From Chiloscyllium plagiosum (lineage: Eukaryota), in assembly GCF_004010195.1 (NCBI RefSeq), contig NC_057718.1, positions 13,371,549 through 13,435,548 of the forward strand: 64,000 bases of DNA, in the 5' to 3' direction. The notes under the pieces were generated by a model. It did not search any database. It was not told the origin of the DNA and worked only from the letters and a program-made list of their open reading frames with translations. This document shows positions 37,561 through 49,234 of this stretch, one piece after another (the stretch's first letter is position 1; every line of letters starts with the position of its first letter). Position numbers and translations under genes: made by a program.

Positions 37561-38109
37561 AGGGACGTAGGGACAAAATTAGATTATTGAGGCTAATCCA
37601 CCAATCAATGGGATCATGGCTGATTTGGTAATGCTCAACTCCACTTTCCTTCCTTTTCCCTGTAACCCTTGATTCCCTTACTGATTACAAATCTGTCCCT
37701 CTTAGGCTTGATATATACTTAATAACCCAACTTCAACAGCATCTCACAGATTCACCATCCTCTGAAAGGAAAACTTCCTCCCCATCTCTGTCATAAATAG
37801 ACCATTTTTATTTTGAGAATATGTCTAGACTCTCCTTGGACTCTCCCTGATGCTGAGATGACTGATGTCCAAAAACCACAAGCATCTTTCTCCGAGATGG
37901 GTGTGACTCTAATCTGTGGGGAATTCTCCCCCAGTTCACATTAACTCCTGTTTAGACAAGGGCTTTTTGATATCATACCCAATCAAATGCAACTTTGATG
38001 TCTCTAACAGCCCCTCACCCTGATTCACGCCCTATAAACGAACAATGTTTTCCAAATATTTATTGAAATTCCTTCCTGAGATGTCTGGTTCGATCATGAG
38101 CAGTTTTCA

Positions 38110-39778
38110 CCAGGTAGAATAAAGGAAAAATCTACACTTTCTATAGGTATGTGAGGAATAAAAGGATAACTAGGTAGGAATAGGGCCAGTCAAAGACAGA
38201 AGTGGGAAGTTGAGTGTGGACCCTGTGGAGATCGGAGAGGTGCTAAACGAATATTTCTCATTGGTCTTCACTCAAGAAAAGGAGAGTATTGTAGAGGAGA
38301 AGAATGAGGTACGAGATATTAGACTAGTAAGAATCAAGGTTAGTTACGCACAGGTGTTAGCAATTCTAGAAGGAGTGAAAGTTGACAAGTCCCCTGGGCC
38401 GATGGGATTTATCCGAGGATTCTCTGGGAAGATAGGGAGGAGATAGCAGAGCTTTTGGCTTTGATTTTTGAGTCGTCATTGTCTACTGGTTTAGTACTGC
38501 GGGACTGGAGGGTTGCAAATGTTGTGCCCTTGTTCAAGAAGGGCAGTAGAGATGACCCAGGTAATTATAGACCAGTGAGTCTTGCTTCTATTGTAGGAAA
38601 GGTTTTGGAAGGGATTATAAGAGATAGGATTTATAATCATCTAGCAAGCAACAATTTGATTTCAGGTAGTCAACATGGTTTCGTCAAGGGCAGGTCGTGT
38701 CTCACAAACCTCATTGAGTTTTTTGAGAAGGTGACCAAGCATGTAGATGAGGGTAGGGAGTTGACGTAGTGTACATGGTCTTCAGTAAAGCCTTTGATAA
38801 GGTTCCACATAGTTGGCTGTTGGAGAAAATGCAGAGGCGTGGGATGAGGGTGATTTAGCAGTTTGGATTAGAAACTGGCTTCCTGAAAGAGGGCAGCAAG
38901 TGGTGGTTGATGGAAAATATTCAACCCGGAGTCTGGTTACTAGTGGTGTGCCACAAAGATCTGTTTTGGGACCACTGCTGTTTGTCATCTTTATAAATGA
39001 CTTAGACACAGGCATAGGTGGATGGGTTAGTAAATTTGCAGATGACACTAAAGTTGGTGGAGTAATGGACAGGGTGGAAGAATGTTACAGGTTGCAGGGG
39101 GACTTTTGCTGGAAAAGTGCAGCAGGTCAGGCAGCATCCAAGGAGCAGGAGAATCGACGTTTCGGGCATGAGCCCTTCTTCAGGAAGGGCTTCATTGGTA
39201 GAGGGATTGAATTCCGGAGCCACAATGTCATGCTGCAACTTTATAAAATGCTAGTGCGGCCCCACTTCGAATATTATGTACAGTTCCTGTTGCCCCATTA
39301 CAGAAGGATGTGGAAACATTGGAAAAGTTGCAAAGGTGATTTACCAGGAAGTCGCCTGGTCTGGAAGGAAGCTGTTATGATGAAAGGCTGAGAGACATGG
39401 GTCTGTTCTCTTTGCAAAGAAGGCGGCTAAGGGGGGATTTGATAGAGACATACAAGATGATCAGAGGATTAGATAGGGTAGACAGTGATGACATTAACTT
39501 GTACAAGGGGGCTTAACTAGACATTGAGGGGTGACAGGTTTAAGACAGATGTCAGAGGCAGGTTCTTCACTCAGAGAGTGGTAAGGGCGTGGAATGTCCT
39601 ACCTGCCAATGTAGTCAACTCAGCCACATTAGGGAGATTTAAACAATCCTTGGATAAGCACATGGATGATGATGGGATAGTGCAGGGGGATGACCTTAGA
39701 ATATTTCACAGGTTGGTGCAACATTGAGGGCTGAAGGGCCTGTTCTGCGCTGTATTATTCTATGTTCTATGTTCTATC
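38110..39778 (+). mobile_element. 5'-truncated CR1 LINE (RT)
   Basis: NYRPVSL, QHGF, VPQRSVLGP, FADDTK; (ttctatg)n tail. A PLE-derived segment replaces part of the RT at about 39105-39190. Confidence 0.92.
39156..39183 (-). ncRNA. Minimal hammerhead ribozyme core (PLE-derived), best-preserved copy
   Basis: Minus strand reads CTGAAGA-A-GGGC-TCAT-GCCC-GAAA-CG-TC: all core nucleotides present, 4-bp stem II, palindromic ACGT in place of stem III. Stem I is weak; activity untested. Confidence 0.6.
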
Positions 39779-40469
39779 TGCCATCCTGTCTTCCCCCTCC
39801 CCCACCAACATCCCCCTGCCCCGTCTTTCCCCAGAATATTCCAGAATCATTATATCATGTTGCTTAAGTAATCCCCGTCATGTCACCTCTGGTCTTTGGC
39901 CAATCACCTTGGTCTTCTGCCTCCTCTGATCCCTCTCCCATGTCAAACAGTTTCTCCTTACTTACATTAAAGGCCCTTCATAATTTTGTTAAATCTCCTC
40001 CTCATTTTCTCAGCTCCAGTGTCTCTTGCAGCTGAATTCCTAGCATGTAATTCACAGCCTGATGGTAACACCTCTCTTCAAAATAAATGAAGCTAAGAAA
40101 TGAGAGCAGACTATGGGCTGAAATGCTGCATTAATGTCACAGCAATTTTATATGAAAGCGTTAAGTGTTTGCTAACATTAACAACTATAATTACTGGTGC
40201 ATGATAATTGTTATATAACCATTAACTGATAATTCATGACAATTTAAATTTGCGCATAGAGCTTGATTAATGTGTGCCCAAATACACTTCGGCAATTTTA
40301 GATTTTTGGCTGCTTTCAGTCCATGTTGAAGTCATTGCTGTTTTCCTATGGAAGAAAAGATAGGTCTTTTGTTTACACCTCCCCCCACTTCTATTTATTT
40401 TCTCTGTGACCCTTTTGCTCTCTCTGGTCCACACACCAATTCTCCCCATTGCTTCTCATGTCCCTTTCC

Positions 40470-41420
40470 TTATAAGATGCAGGATCTGAAGTAGGCCATT
40501 CAGTCCATCACGTCTACTCTATCATTCAATGAAATCATAGCTGATCTGATAATCCTCAACCCCACTTCCCTTCCTTTCCCCCATTACCCTCAATTCCCTT
40601 ACTGGTTAAAAATCTGACTCTCTCAGCCACTTAATGACCCAGCGTCAACAGTCCACCCACTGTGTAAAGAATTCCACAGACTCATTACCCTCAGGTGACT
40701 CTCTGTGTGGAGTTGGCGCATTCACCTGTGCCTGCGTGGGTTTCCTCTGGGTGCTCTGGTTTTCTCCCACAGTCCAAAGATGTTCGGGTTAGGGTGGATT
40801 GACCATGCTCAATTGCCCATAGTGTCCAGGGATGTGCAGGTTAGGTGGGTTGGCCATGGGATATGTGGGGTTACAGGGACATGGTAGGGAGGTGTGTCTG
40901 GATGGGACACTCTTTGATGGGTCAATCTGGACTCAATGGGCCGACTGGCCTGCTTTCACACTGTCAGGATACTATGAAGAAATCCCTCCTGTTCTCTGTC
41001 CTAAATGGGTATCCTTACTCTAAGATGATGCCCTCTGCTCTTTGACTCTCCCATGAGGGGAAACAACCTTTCCACAACTACTGTATTAAGTCCCCTAAGA
41101 ATCTGATGTTTCAATAACGCTGTTTCTCATCCGTCTAAATTCCAATGAATACAGGCCCAACCTTTCCTCATAAGACGATGGCTCCATACCTGAGATCAGT
41201 ACAGTGAACCTTCTCTGGACTGCCTCCAATGTCAATATATCTTTCCTTCGATCAGGGGCCCAAGATAGTTGACAATATTCCAGCTATGGTCTGACTAGAG
41301 ACAAAAAAATACTGCAGATCCAAGGTAGACAAGCAGGAGGCTGGAAGAACACAGCAAACCAGGCAGCATCAGGAAGTGGAGAATAGTGCCTTGTATAGTT
41401 TTAGCAAGAACCTCTTGACT
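40470..41420 (-). mobile_element. CR1 3' fragment interrupted by a V-SINE-like copy (40695-40975, plus) and a PLE-derived piece (41298-41382)
   Basis: CR1 3' UTR and RT tail on the minus strand; SINE core on the plus strand. Confidence 0.7.
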
Positions 41421-43899
41421 TTATTAAATTTTGCCTCTTACACTTTGTTTCTTCTTTCCCCTGGTTTTCCCAAGCTCCACCTGTGTGTCTACATCCTCTC
41501 TCTTTCTCTCTCTCTACTGTATAGCTCTCCAACTTTCTGTCTGATCTCCTCTGCCTGTTCCACGTAATTAGAAGAATGCTCAGTGAAATATGTTAAATAG
41601 ATGACAGCCATGGATTTAAAAGGTTTATCTCTCTGGCTAACCCAGCTACCCAACTGACTAACTACGTGGATGGCTAGTTTATTTTTAAATACTCATGGCT
41701 TGTTCACCATTATTGCCCGGGGTCTTCACTCATGGTGTGTCAGTAATTGCTTTCCCCGCCTCTGCTGCTGAAATAGAATGTAATCTGGTTCTCTCAACAG
41801 CAGAGATCAGCTCTGGGAGATCGTTATGGTGAAATATTGTGGAGTTATAGACAGCTACACATCTTCTCCTGGACTGAGTCAAAAATAAGGAGTTCATTGA
41901 GAGCCATAGGAATTGAGTTTCTGCATATTTGAACAGGCCTGGTTAAGTTGAAGGGACCTTTACACACCCCTTAGTAAGGTGGCAATCTACTTAGTCCAGT
42001 TTCTGGAAAACAAAGCAATGCCAATGGTTTTGAAAGAGCAAATGCACTATTTTCAGTGGGTGAAATGGAATAGTAATTCCCAAAAGGGAAAATATTGATA
42101 AGGTGGGCAGAGGCGATAACCAAGTTGTATAATTGCCGTACTGTTAATCCAGAATCCCAGGCAATGTTCTGGGGACTTGGGTTCGAATCATGCCAAGACA
42201 GATGGTAGAATTTGAATTCAATAAAAATTTGGAATTAAGAGTCTAATGATGACCATGAAACCATTGTTGATTGTTGGAAAAACCCATCTGATTCACTAAT
42301 GTCCTTTAGGGAAGAAAACTGCCAACATTACCTGGTCTGGCCGACATGTGAGTCCAGACCCACAGCTGAACTGCTCTGGCCTAGCCTGTGACACCCTCAT
42401 CCCATGAATGAATATTTTAAAAAAAGATGATTAGGAAAGTTAGGGAGGGTAAGACTGATGGGATAATCCTTCCAGTGAAGAATGCAGTCACACTGGGACA
42501 AATGGCCTCCTTCTATTCCATGGGATTTGACGAATATATAAATCATTGGTAACGGAAAACTGTCCTCAAACTGAACTGTCCCTTCTTAGTCAAGGTCAAC
42601 CCCACGTACCCACTTGCTCAAAACATCATTCAATCATTTGCTCAACACAATTTCAATGAAAGGCCCCATGAGTTCATTTGATCCAATCATTTGTCCTCAG
42701 AATTTGTTCCTGTACTGGATTGTGAGCAATCTGTCACCAACCTTGGTCTTTATTTTGCTTTGATGTCTCAGGAGGTTGCAGAGTTAGGTGGGCGGTGGGG
42801 TTGGGAGGAAGGGGTTCTTGAAATGGATGTGGTCTGTCATCAGGCTCCAGTCATCATGGTGTGTGGGCAGTCTTGGATGGTCTTTTCCTGGTAACATTCA
42901 CAGCTTCCATTTTTTTACAAGTGTAGTGACCAGTTCAAATAGCAGCAAAGTCATGTTAGCAGCAATGAGAAGTTAGTGTCATCTCTGAAAACCTTCAACA
43001 CTCCATTCTGTGACGATTCCTCATTCTCAAAGGTGGCTGTGTCCAAATGAGACATTCATTGACTACCGGGCTTCCAATCCTGCAATACCTCTACTTTAAA
43101 AGTCCTCAATCCTTCCTCTCTCTGTAACCTTCTTGAGCCTGATAATCTGCTGGAAATCTGCTTTCCTCCACATCCAGCCTCTGGTGCATCCCTATGGCTG
43201 GAACCTAAGTGGTGGATTCCCTCCCTGACCATTCGCTCTCTCTCTCTCTCTCTCTCCTGTAAAAACATTGGAATTGGACCGGAGGTATATCTTTCAGGCC
43301 TTTCAAACGTGCTTTCAAACAGTCTCAACAACTTTGCCTCATTTGATCAAGCTTTTATCATCCATCCCACACTCTCCTTGATGACTTAGTGTCAAGTTCT
43401 TTTGATAATGCTCCCATGAAGGATATTTAAGGGCATCACATCAATATAAACTCAAACTTATGGGAAGATCTTTGTCACTTTCTGTTAAAACTTTGAAGAC
43501 TTCAATTAGTTCTTCTTGGCACAGACAGAAACAGGATGCCCTTCACCACAACCTGATGGTTTCCTGACTATCAATATGTCTACACCTCTAAAGATTCACT
43601 GAATGAATATTCACACTGGAGGGAAGTAGATAGGTTGGGCACAGTTAAGGTGATTCCATGTATATCACAGACTGCCATTGCTGCTGTAGTTTTAACAACA
43701 CCCATCTAGCATGGGCCCTGCTGGGTTGACTCTTAGCTGCCCTCTGAAGTGTCCTAGCAAGCCGTTCAGTTACAACAAACATTACGAAGCCTCAATAGAA
43801 CAACCCACAGCATGCAGACTGCAGCGGTTCAAGAAGGCAGCTCACCACCACCTTCTCAGGGGCAACTAGGGACGGCCGTAAATGCTGGGAAAAAGACTT

Positions 43900-44780
43900 T
43901 AGCTATTCACCCCTATCCATACCCCTCATGATTTTATAAACTTTTTTAAGATCACCCCTCAGCCTCTGATGCTCCAGGGAAAATAGTCCCAACCTATTCA
44001 GCATCTCCTTATAGCTCAAACCCTCCAATGCCAGCAACATCCTTGTAAATCTTTTCTGAACGCTTTCAAGTTTAACAACATCTTTCCTATAAGAGGGAGA
44101 CCAGAATTGAATGCAGTATTTTAAAAGTGGCCTCACCAATGTCCTATACAGCTGCAACATGACATCCCACTTCCTATGTTGAATGCTCTGATCAGTGAAG
44201 GCAGGCCTACCAAAATGCCTTCTTCACTATCCTGTCTACCTGTGACTCCACTTTCAAGGAATTATGCACCTGCACCCCAAGGTCTCTTTGTTCAGCAACA
44301 CTCCCCAGGACCTCACCATTAAGTGTATAAATCTTGCCCTGATTTGCCTTTGCATTAGGCAGTACTTCTCATTTATCGAACTTAAACTCCATCTGCCACT
44401 ACTTGGCCCCATCTGATCAAGGTCCCTATGTACTCTGAGGTAAACTTCTTCACTGTCCATTACACCTTCAATTTGGTGTCATCTGCAAACTTATTAATAA
44501 TACCTCCTATATTCGCATTCAAATCATTTATATAAATGATGAAAAGCCACAGACCCAGCACCAATCCTTGGGGTATACCATTGGTCACAGGCCTCCAGTC
44601 CAAAAAGCAAAGTTCCACCACCAACCTTTTGTTTCCTCTTCCTTCAAGCCAATTTTGTATCCAGTTGGCTAGTTCTCCTTGGATTCCATGTGATGTAACT
44701 TTGCCAACCACTCCACCTTGTCGAATGCCTTGCTGAGATCCATATAGTTCACATCCACCACTCTGCCTTCATCAATTTCT
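43900..44780 (-). mobile_element. CR1 RT fragment
   Basis: GIPQGLVLG, FADDTK, LYRTLVRPLLKYCIQFWSP. Confidence 0.88.
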
Positions 44781-45542
44781 GCATCGCTCTGCTTCACTTT
44801 GGGTTCATTTTCAGTTTGGATTTTGATGCTTCCTTTCCAGTATCAGGAACAGAAATGTGATATGACAGTGCCAGCAGAACATCACCTACCTTTCCAAATA
44901 CCACCTCGGAGATCTCCACAAGGTGCTGATATAGCAATGGAGCAACTCTTAGACAGACAACAAAAGGACAGTTTTATCTGACTGCTACAACCACGACAGT
45001 GCCAATCAGTGCATGTCAGTGTTCAGGATAGCTAAGAATGCCTGAGATAAACAAAAGGTGCATTTATTTAGCGTCCTTTCTGACCTCAAGATGGCTCAAG
45101 ATTCTTCACAGCCAATCAAGTACTTTCCATTTGAAATGCTGTCAAGTTGGGAAATAGATTTGGTCATGTCTGCGAAAGCACCTCTAGTACTTGTAGTGAT
45201 TGGAACCAGGTGGACTTCATTGACTACGAGACCCCTGATTGGGGGTGTTAACCAGGGTCAATCAGGAAGCCCTGGCTGACCGATATAAACAGGGGATAAG
45301 GTGGGAGGGATGGGTGTTTGCTGGGCTGCCAGGGATGTCTGTGTTATATGCACTGTTTCATTGTCCTGTTTATCGGACTGTTTGTTTGTGATTACCTTCA
45401 GTGTTTCCTTCTTGACAATGTAAGGTAGGAAAAAAGGTTCATCTTTGTTTCCCTGTGAACTGGTTGAAAGGTTGGGTTTGGGGTCTGGCTTTGCTGCCCC
45501 TTTTTCCCCTGTAAATTGGTGTGTATGGCTGTTCATGTTGAC

Positions 45543-46240
45543 TAGGAGAAAGTGAGGACTGCAGATGCTGAAGCTCAGAGTTGAGAATGTGTTGCTGGGA
45601 AAGCATGGCGGGTCAGGAGCATCTGAGGAGCAGGAGAATCGACATTTCGGGCCAGAGCCCTTCCTCAGGAATGAGGCTTGTGGGCTGGGGTCTGAGATAA
45701 ATGGGGGGGGAAAGGTAGCTGAGAAAACGATAGGTGGATGAAGGTGAGGGAGAAGGTGATAGGTCAGTGGGGGGAGTGATGGATGGCTCCGGAGTGTGGT
45801 GCTGTATTGGAGGCTTGGGACTGGGATAATGTGGGAGGAGGGGAAATGAGGAAGCTGTTGAAATCCACATTTATCCCGTGTGGTTGCGGGGTCCCAAGGT
45901 GGAAAATGAGACGTTCCTTCTCCAGTGTTGGGTGGTAACGGTTTTGCAATGGAGGCCCAGGACCTGCATGTCCTTGATGGAGTGGGAGGGGGAGTTGAAG
46001 TGCTCAGCCACGGGGCGGTGGGGTTGGTGCATGAGGGTGTCCCAGTGATGTTCTCTGAAAAGATCTGCAAAAAGGTATCCTGTCTCCCTGATGTAGAGGA
46101 GAATACACCAGGTACACTGATGCAGTAGATGACATTGGTAGAGGTACAGATAAATTTCTGACAGATGTGGAAGGATCACTTGTGGCCTTGGATGGAGGTG
46201 AGGGAGTGGTGTGGGCACAGGTTTTGCACTTCCTGTTGCA
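45543..46240 (-). mobile_element. Penelope-like element 3' fragment: GIY-YIG endonuclease and hammerhead-bearing terminus
   Basis: Frameshifted CNRKCKTC...CTWCILLYIRETG...FREH...PVAEHFNSPSH...ERLIFHLGTPQPHGINVDFNSF. Hammerhead CTGAGGA-A-GGGC-TCTG-GCCC-GAAA-TG-TC at 45668-45641. Confidence 0.88.
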
Positions 46241-47811
46241 TGGAAGGGAGGAATGGTGGAGATTGTTAGTCACTGGGGACTCCATAGTTAAGACGGCCAG
46301 ATAGGAGGTTTGTTGGGAACGAAAGTGACTCACGGTTGGTGTGTTGCTTTCCAAGTACCAGACTCTATGTTGTCTCGGATCATTTCTTTGGGGTCCTAAA
46401 GGGAGAGGGTGACCAGCCTCCAGTCGTGGTCCACATAGATACCAATGACATAGGTAGAAAAGGGGATAGGGATGTAAGGCAGGATTTCAGGGAGCTAGGG
46501 TGGAAGTTGAGAGCTAGAACAAACAGATTTGTTATCTCTGGTTTGTTACCTGTGCCACATGATAGTGAGGTGAAGAATAGGAAGAGATATCAGCTGAACA
46601 TGTGGCTGCAGGGATGGTACAGGAGCGAGGGTTTCAGGTACTTGGATAATTGGTGCTCATTCTGGGGAAGGTGGGATCTCTACAAATAGGACGGTCTTCA
46701 CTTGAACCAGAGGGGCACTAATATTCTGGGTGGGAAATTTGCTGGTGCTATTCGGGTGGGTTTAACCTAGTTCAGCAGGAGGATGGGAACCTGAGGTGTA
46801 GTTGCAGTGCACAGGAAGATGAGTAAGGAGGACAGGGACAGGATTTCACGGTCACAGGATGATGTTGGCAGCCAGCAAGCTGGTTTGAAGTGTGTCTACT
46901 TCAATGCCAGGAGTATCCAGAATGAGACGTGAGCTTGCAGCATGGATAGGTACCTGAGACTTTGATGTTGTGGCCATTTTGGAGACATGGATCGAGCAAG
47001 GTCAGGAATGTATGCTGCAGGTTCCAGGGTTTAGATCTTTAATTAAGATCAGGGAAGGTGGTAAAAGAGGGGGAGGCGTGGCTTTGCTAGTCAAGGACAT
47101 CATAATGGTGGCTGAAAGAACTTTTGACGAGGACTCGTCTACTGAGGTGGTATGGGCTGAGGTTAGGTCTCTCCAAGAGGAGAGATCACACTGCTTGGAG
47201 TTTTTTATAGGTCTCTGCAGAGTTCCAGGGAGGTGGAAGAGAGGATTGGCAAAATTATTCTGGGTAGGAGTGAAAGGAACAGGATGGTCATTATGGGAGA
47301 CTTTAACTTCCCCAACATTGACTGGAAATGCTATAACTCTAGTACGTCAGATGGATCAGTTTTTGTCTAATGTGTGCAGGAGGGTTTCCTGACAGTGTCG
47401 AAGGGCAGACAAGAGGGGAGGCCACAATGGATCTGATACTTGGTAATGAACCAGGCTAAGTTTTCGATTTAGTTTAGGTGAGCACTTTGGAGAGAGTGAC
47501 CATAATGTAGTTGCGTTTAGTTTAGCGATGGAAAGGATAGGTACATGCCACAGGGCAAGAGTTATAGATGGGGCAAGGGCAATTATAATGCGATTAGACA
47601 AGACTTAGGAGGCATAGAATGGGGTAGCAAAATGCAGGGATGGGGACAATTGAAGTGTGGAGCTGGTTTAAGGAACAGGTATTGCGTGTCCTTGATAGTT
47701 ATGTCCCTGTAAGGCAGGGAGGAAGTGATAAGGTAAGGGAACCGCGGTTTACTAAAGAAATTGTATCTTTTGATAAGCAGAAGAGGGAAGCTTATGTCAC
47801 AGTGAGATGAG

Positions 47812-48731
47812 ATTTACTAGATTAGATTAGATTCCCTACAGTGCGGAAACAGGCCCTTCGGCCCAACCAGTCCACACCAACCCTACGAAGACTAACCCAA
47901 CCAGACCCACTTCCCTGACTAATGCAGCACACACTATGGGCAATTTAGTATGGCCAATTCACCTGACCTGCACATCTTTGAACTGTTGTTAAACACTAAT
48001 TTCTAAAGTTCTCTCTTTAAGCCACTCTCTTTTTCAAGATGTAACACAAAATCTCTGAACAAATATTGGCCGCCAAGCCCTAACGACTGTCAAACTTTGC
48101 CCAAACTTTGAAGCACCTTGAAATATTTTTGAACTCTGTGGGAAGCTAGAGAAGTGAGTGCTGGGCCTCTTGCTGAGATATTTGTATCATCGATAGTCAA
48201 GGTGAGGTGCCGGAAGACTAGACGTTGGCTAACGTGGTGCCACTGTTTAAGAAAGGTGGTAAGGACAAGCCAGGGAACTATAGACCAGTGAGCCTGATGT
48301 TGGTGGTGGGCAAGTTGTTGGAGGGAATCCTGAGGGATGGGATGTACATGTATTTGGACAGGCAAGGACTAATTAGGGATAGTCAACATGGCTGTGTGCA
48401 TGGGAAATCATGTCTCTCAAACTTGATTGAGTTTTTTGAAGAAGTAACAAAGAGCGGTAGATGTGATCTATATGGACTTCAGTAAGGTGTCCGTCAAGGT
48501 TCCCCATAGACTGATTAGCAAGGTTAGATCTCATGGAATACAGGGAGAAGTAGCCATTTGGATACAGAACTCGCTCAAAGGTAGACAGAGGGTGGTGGTG
48601 GAGGGTTGTTTTTCAGACTGGAGGCCTGTGACCAGTAGAGTGCCACAAGAATCGGTGCTGGGTCCTTGACTTTTCGTCATTTTTGTAAATGATTTGGATG
48701 CGAGTGTAAGAGGTACAGTTAGTAAGTTTGC
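47812..48731. mobile_element. Composite insert: V-SINE 3' half (minus), short unique spacer, RT fragment of a different CR1 (plus)
   Basis: Host CR1 breaks at 'gagatgagat|' and resumes at 'cgagatggttcagatg'. Confidence 0.65.
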
Positions 48732-48862
48732 GAGATGGTTCAGATGAAGCAATGAGAGTTAAAGATTAGCTAGGAAGGATTTAAGTAGAGAGTTAAGAAG
48801 AGCAAGGAGGGGACATGAGCAGTCTTTAACAGGTAGAATAAAGGAGAACCCTAATGTCAGTT

Positions 48863-48936
48863 GCATTGGTGGTTCAGTGGTAGAATTCTTGCCTGCCATG
48901 CCACGGGCGGCCTGGGTTTGATTCCCGGTGAATGTA
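48863..48936 (+). pseudogene. tRNA-Gly(GCC) pseudogene
   Basis: GCATTGGTGGTTCAGTGGTAGAATTCTtGCCTGCCA... matches vertebrate tRNA-Gly-GCC, with CpG-type substitutions (T-loop GTTTGA), a tgcca duplication next to the anticodon and a damaged acceptor stem. Confidence 0.88.
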
Positions 48937-48946
48937 AATTTGCTAT

Positions 48947-49234
48947 GGGCAGCATGTTGGCTCAGTGGTTAGCACTGCTGCCTCACAGCACCATGGTCCC
49001 AGGTTTGATTCCAGCCTTGGGCAGCTCTGTGAAGTTTGCACATTCTCCCTGTGCTCCGGTTTCCTCCCACAATCCAAAGATGTGCAGGTCAGGTGAATTG
49101 GCCGTGCTAAATTGCCCATATTGTGAGGTGCATCAGTCAGAGGGAAATGGGACTGGGTGGGTTACTCTTCGGAGGGTCGATGTGGACTTTTGGTGAAAGG
49201 TCTGTTTCCGCACTATAGAGACTCTAATCTAATC
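48947..49234 (+). mobile_element. V-SINE-like SINE directly downstream of the tRNA-Gly copy
   Basis: Head 'gggcagcatgttggctcagtggttagcactgctgcc', tail 'tctaatctaatc'. Confidence 0.85.

Noticed and set aside
45185..45540. Possible LTR fragment with CCAAT-like and TATA-like motifs
   Set aside because: Resembles an LTR, but I could not define both ends or a TSD, so it is not called as a feature.
45258..46070. 270-aa ORF as a novel gene
   Set aside because: Alternative-frame read-through of the PLE fragment and flanking repeat.
48863..48936. Functional tRNA-Gly gene
   Set aside because: T-loop/B-box mutation, insertion next to the anticodon, acceptor-stem mismatches, and it sits inside a LINE.
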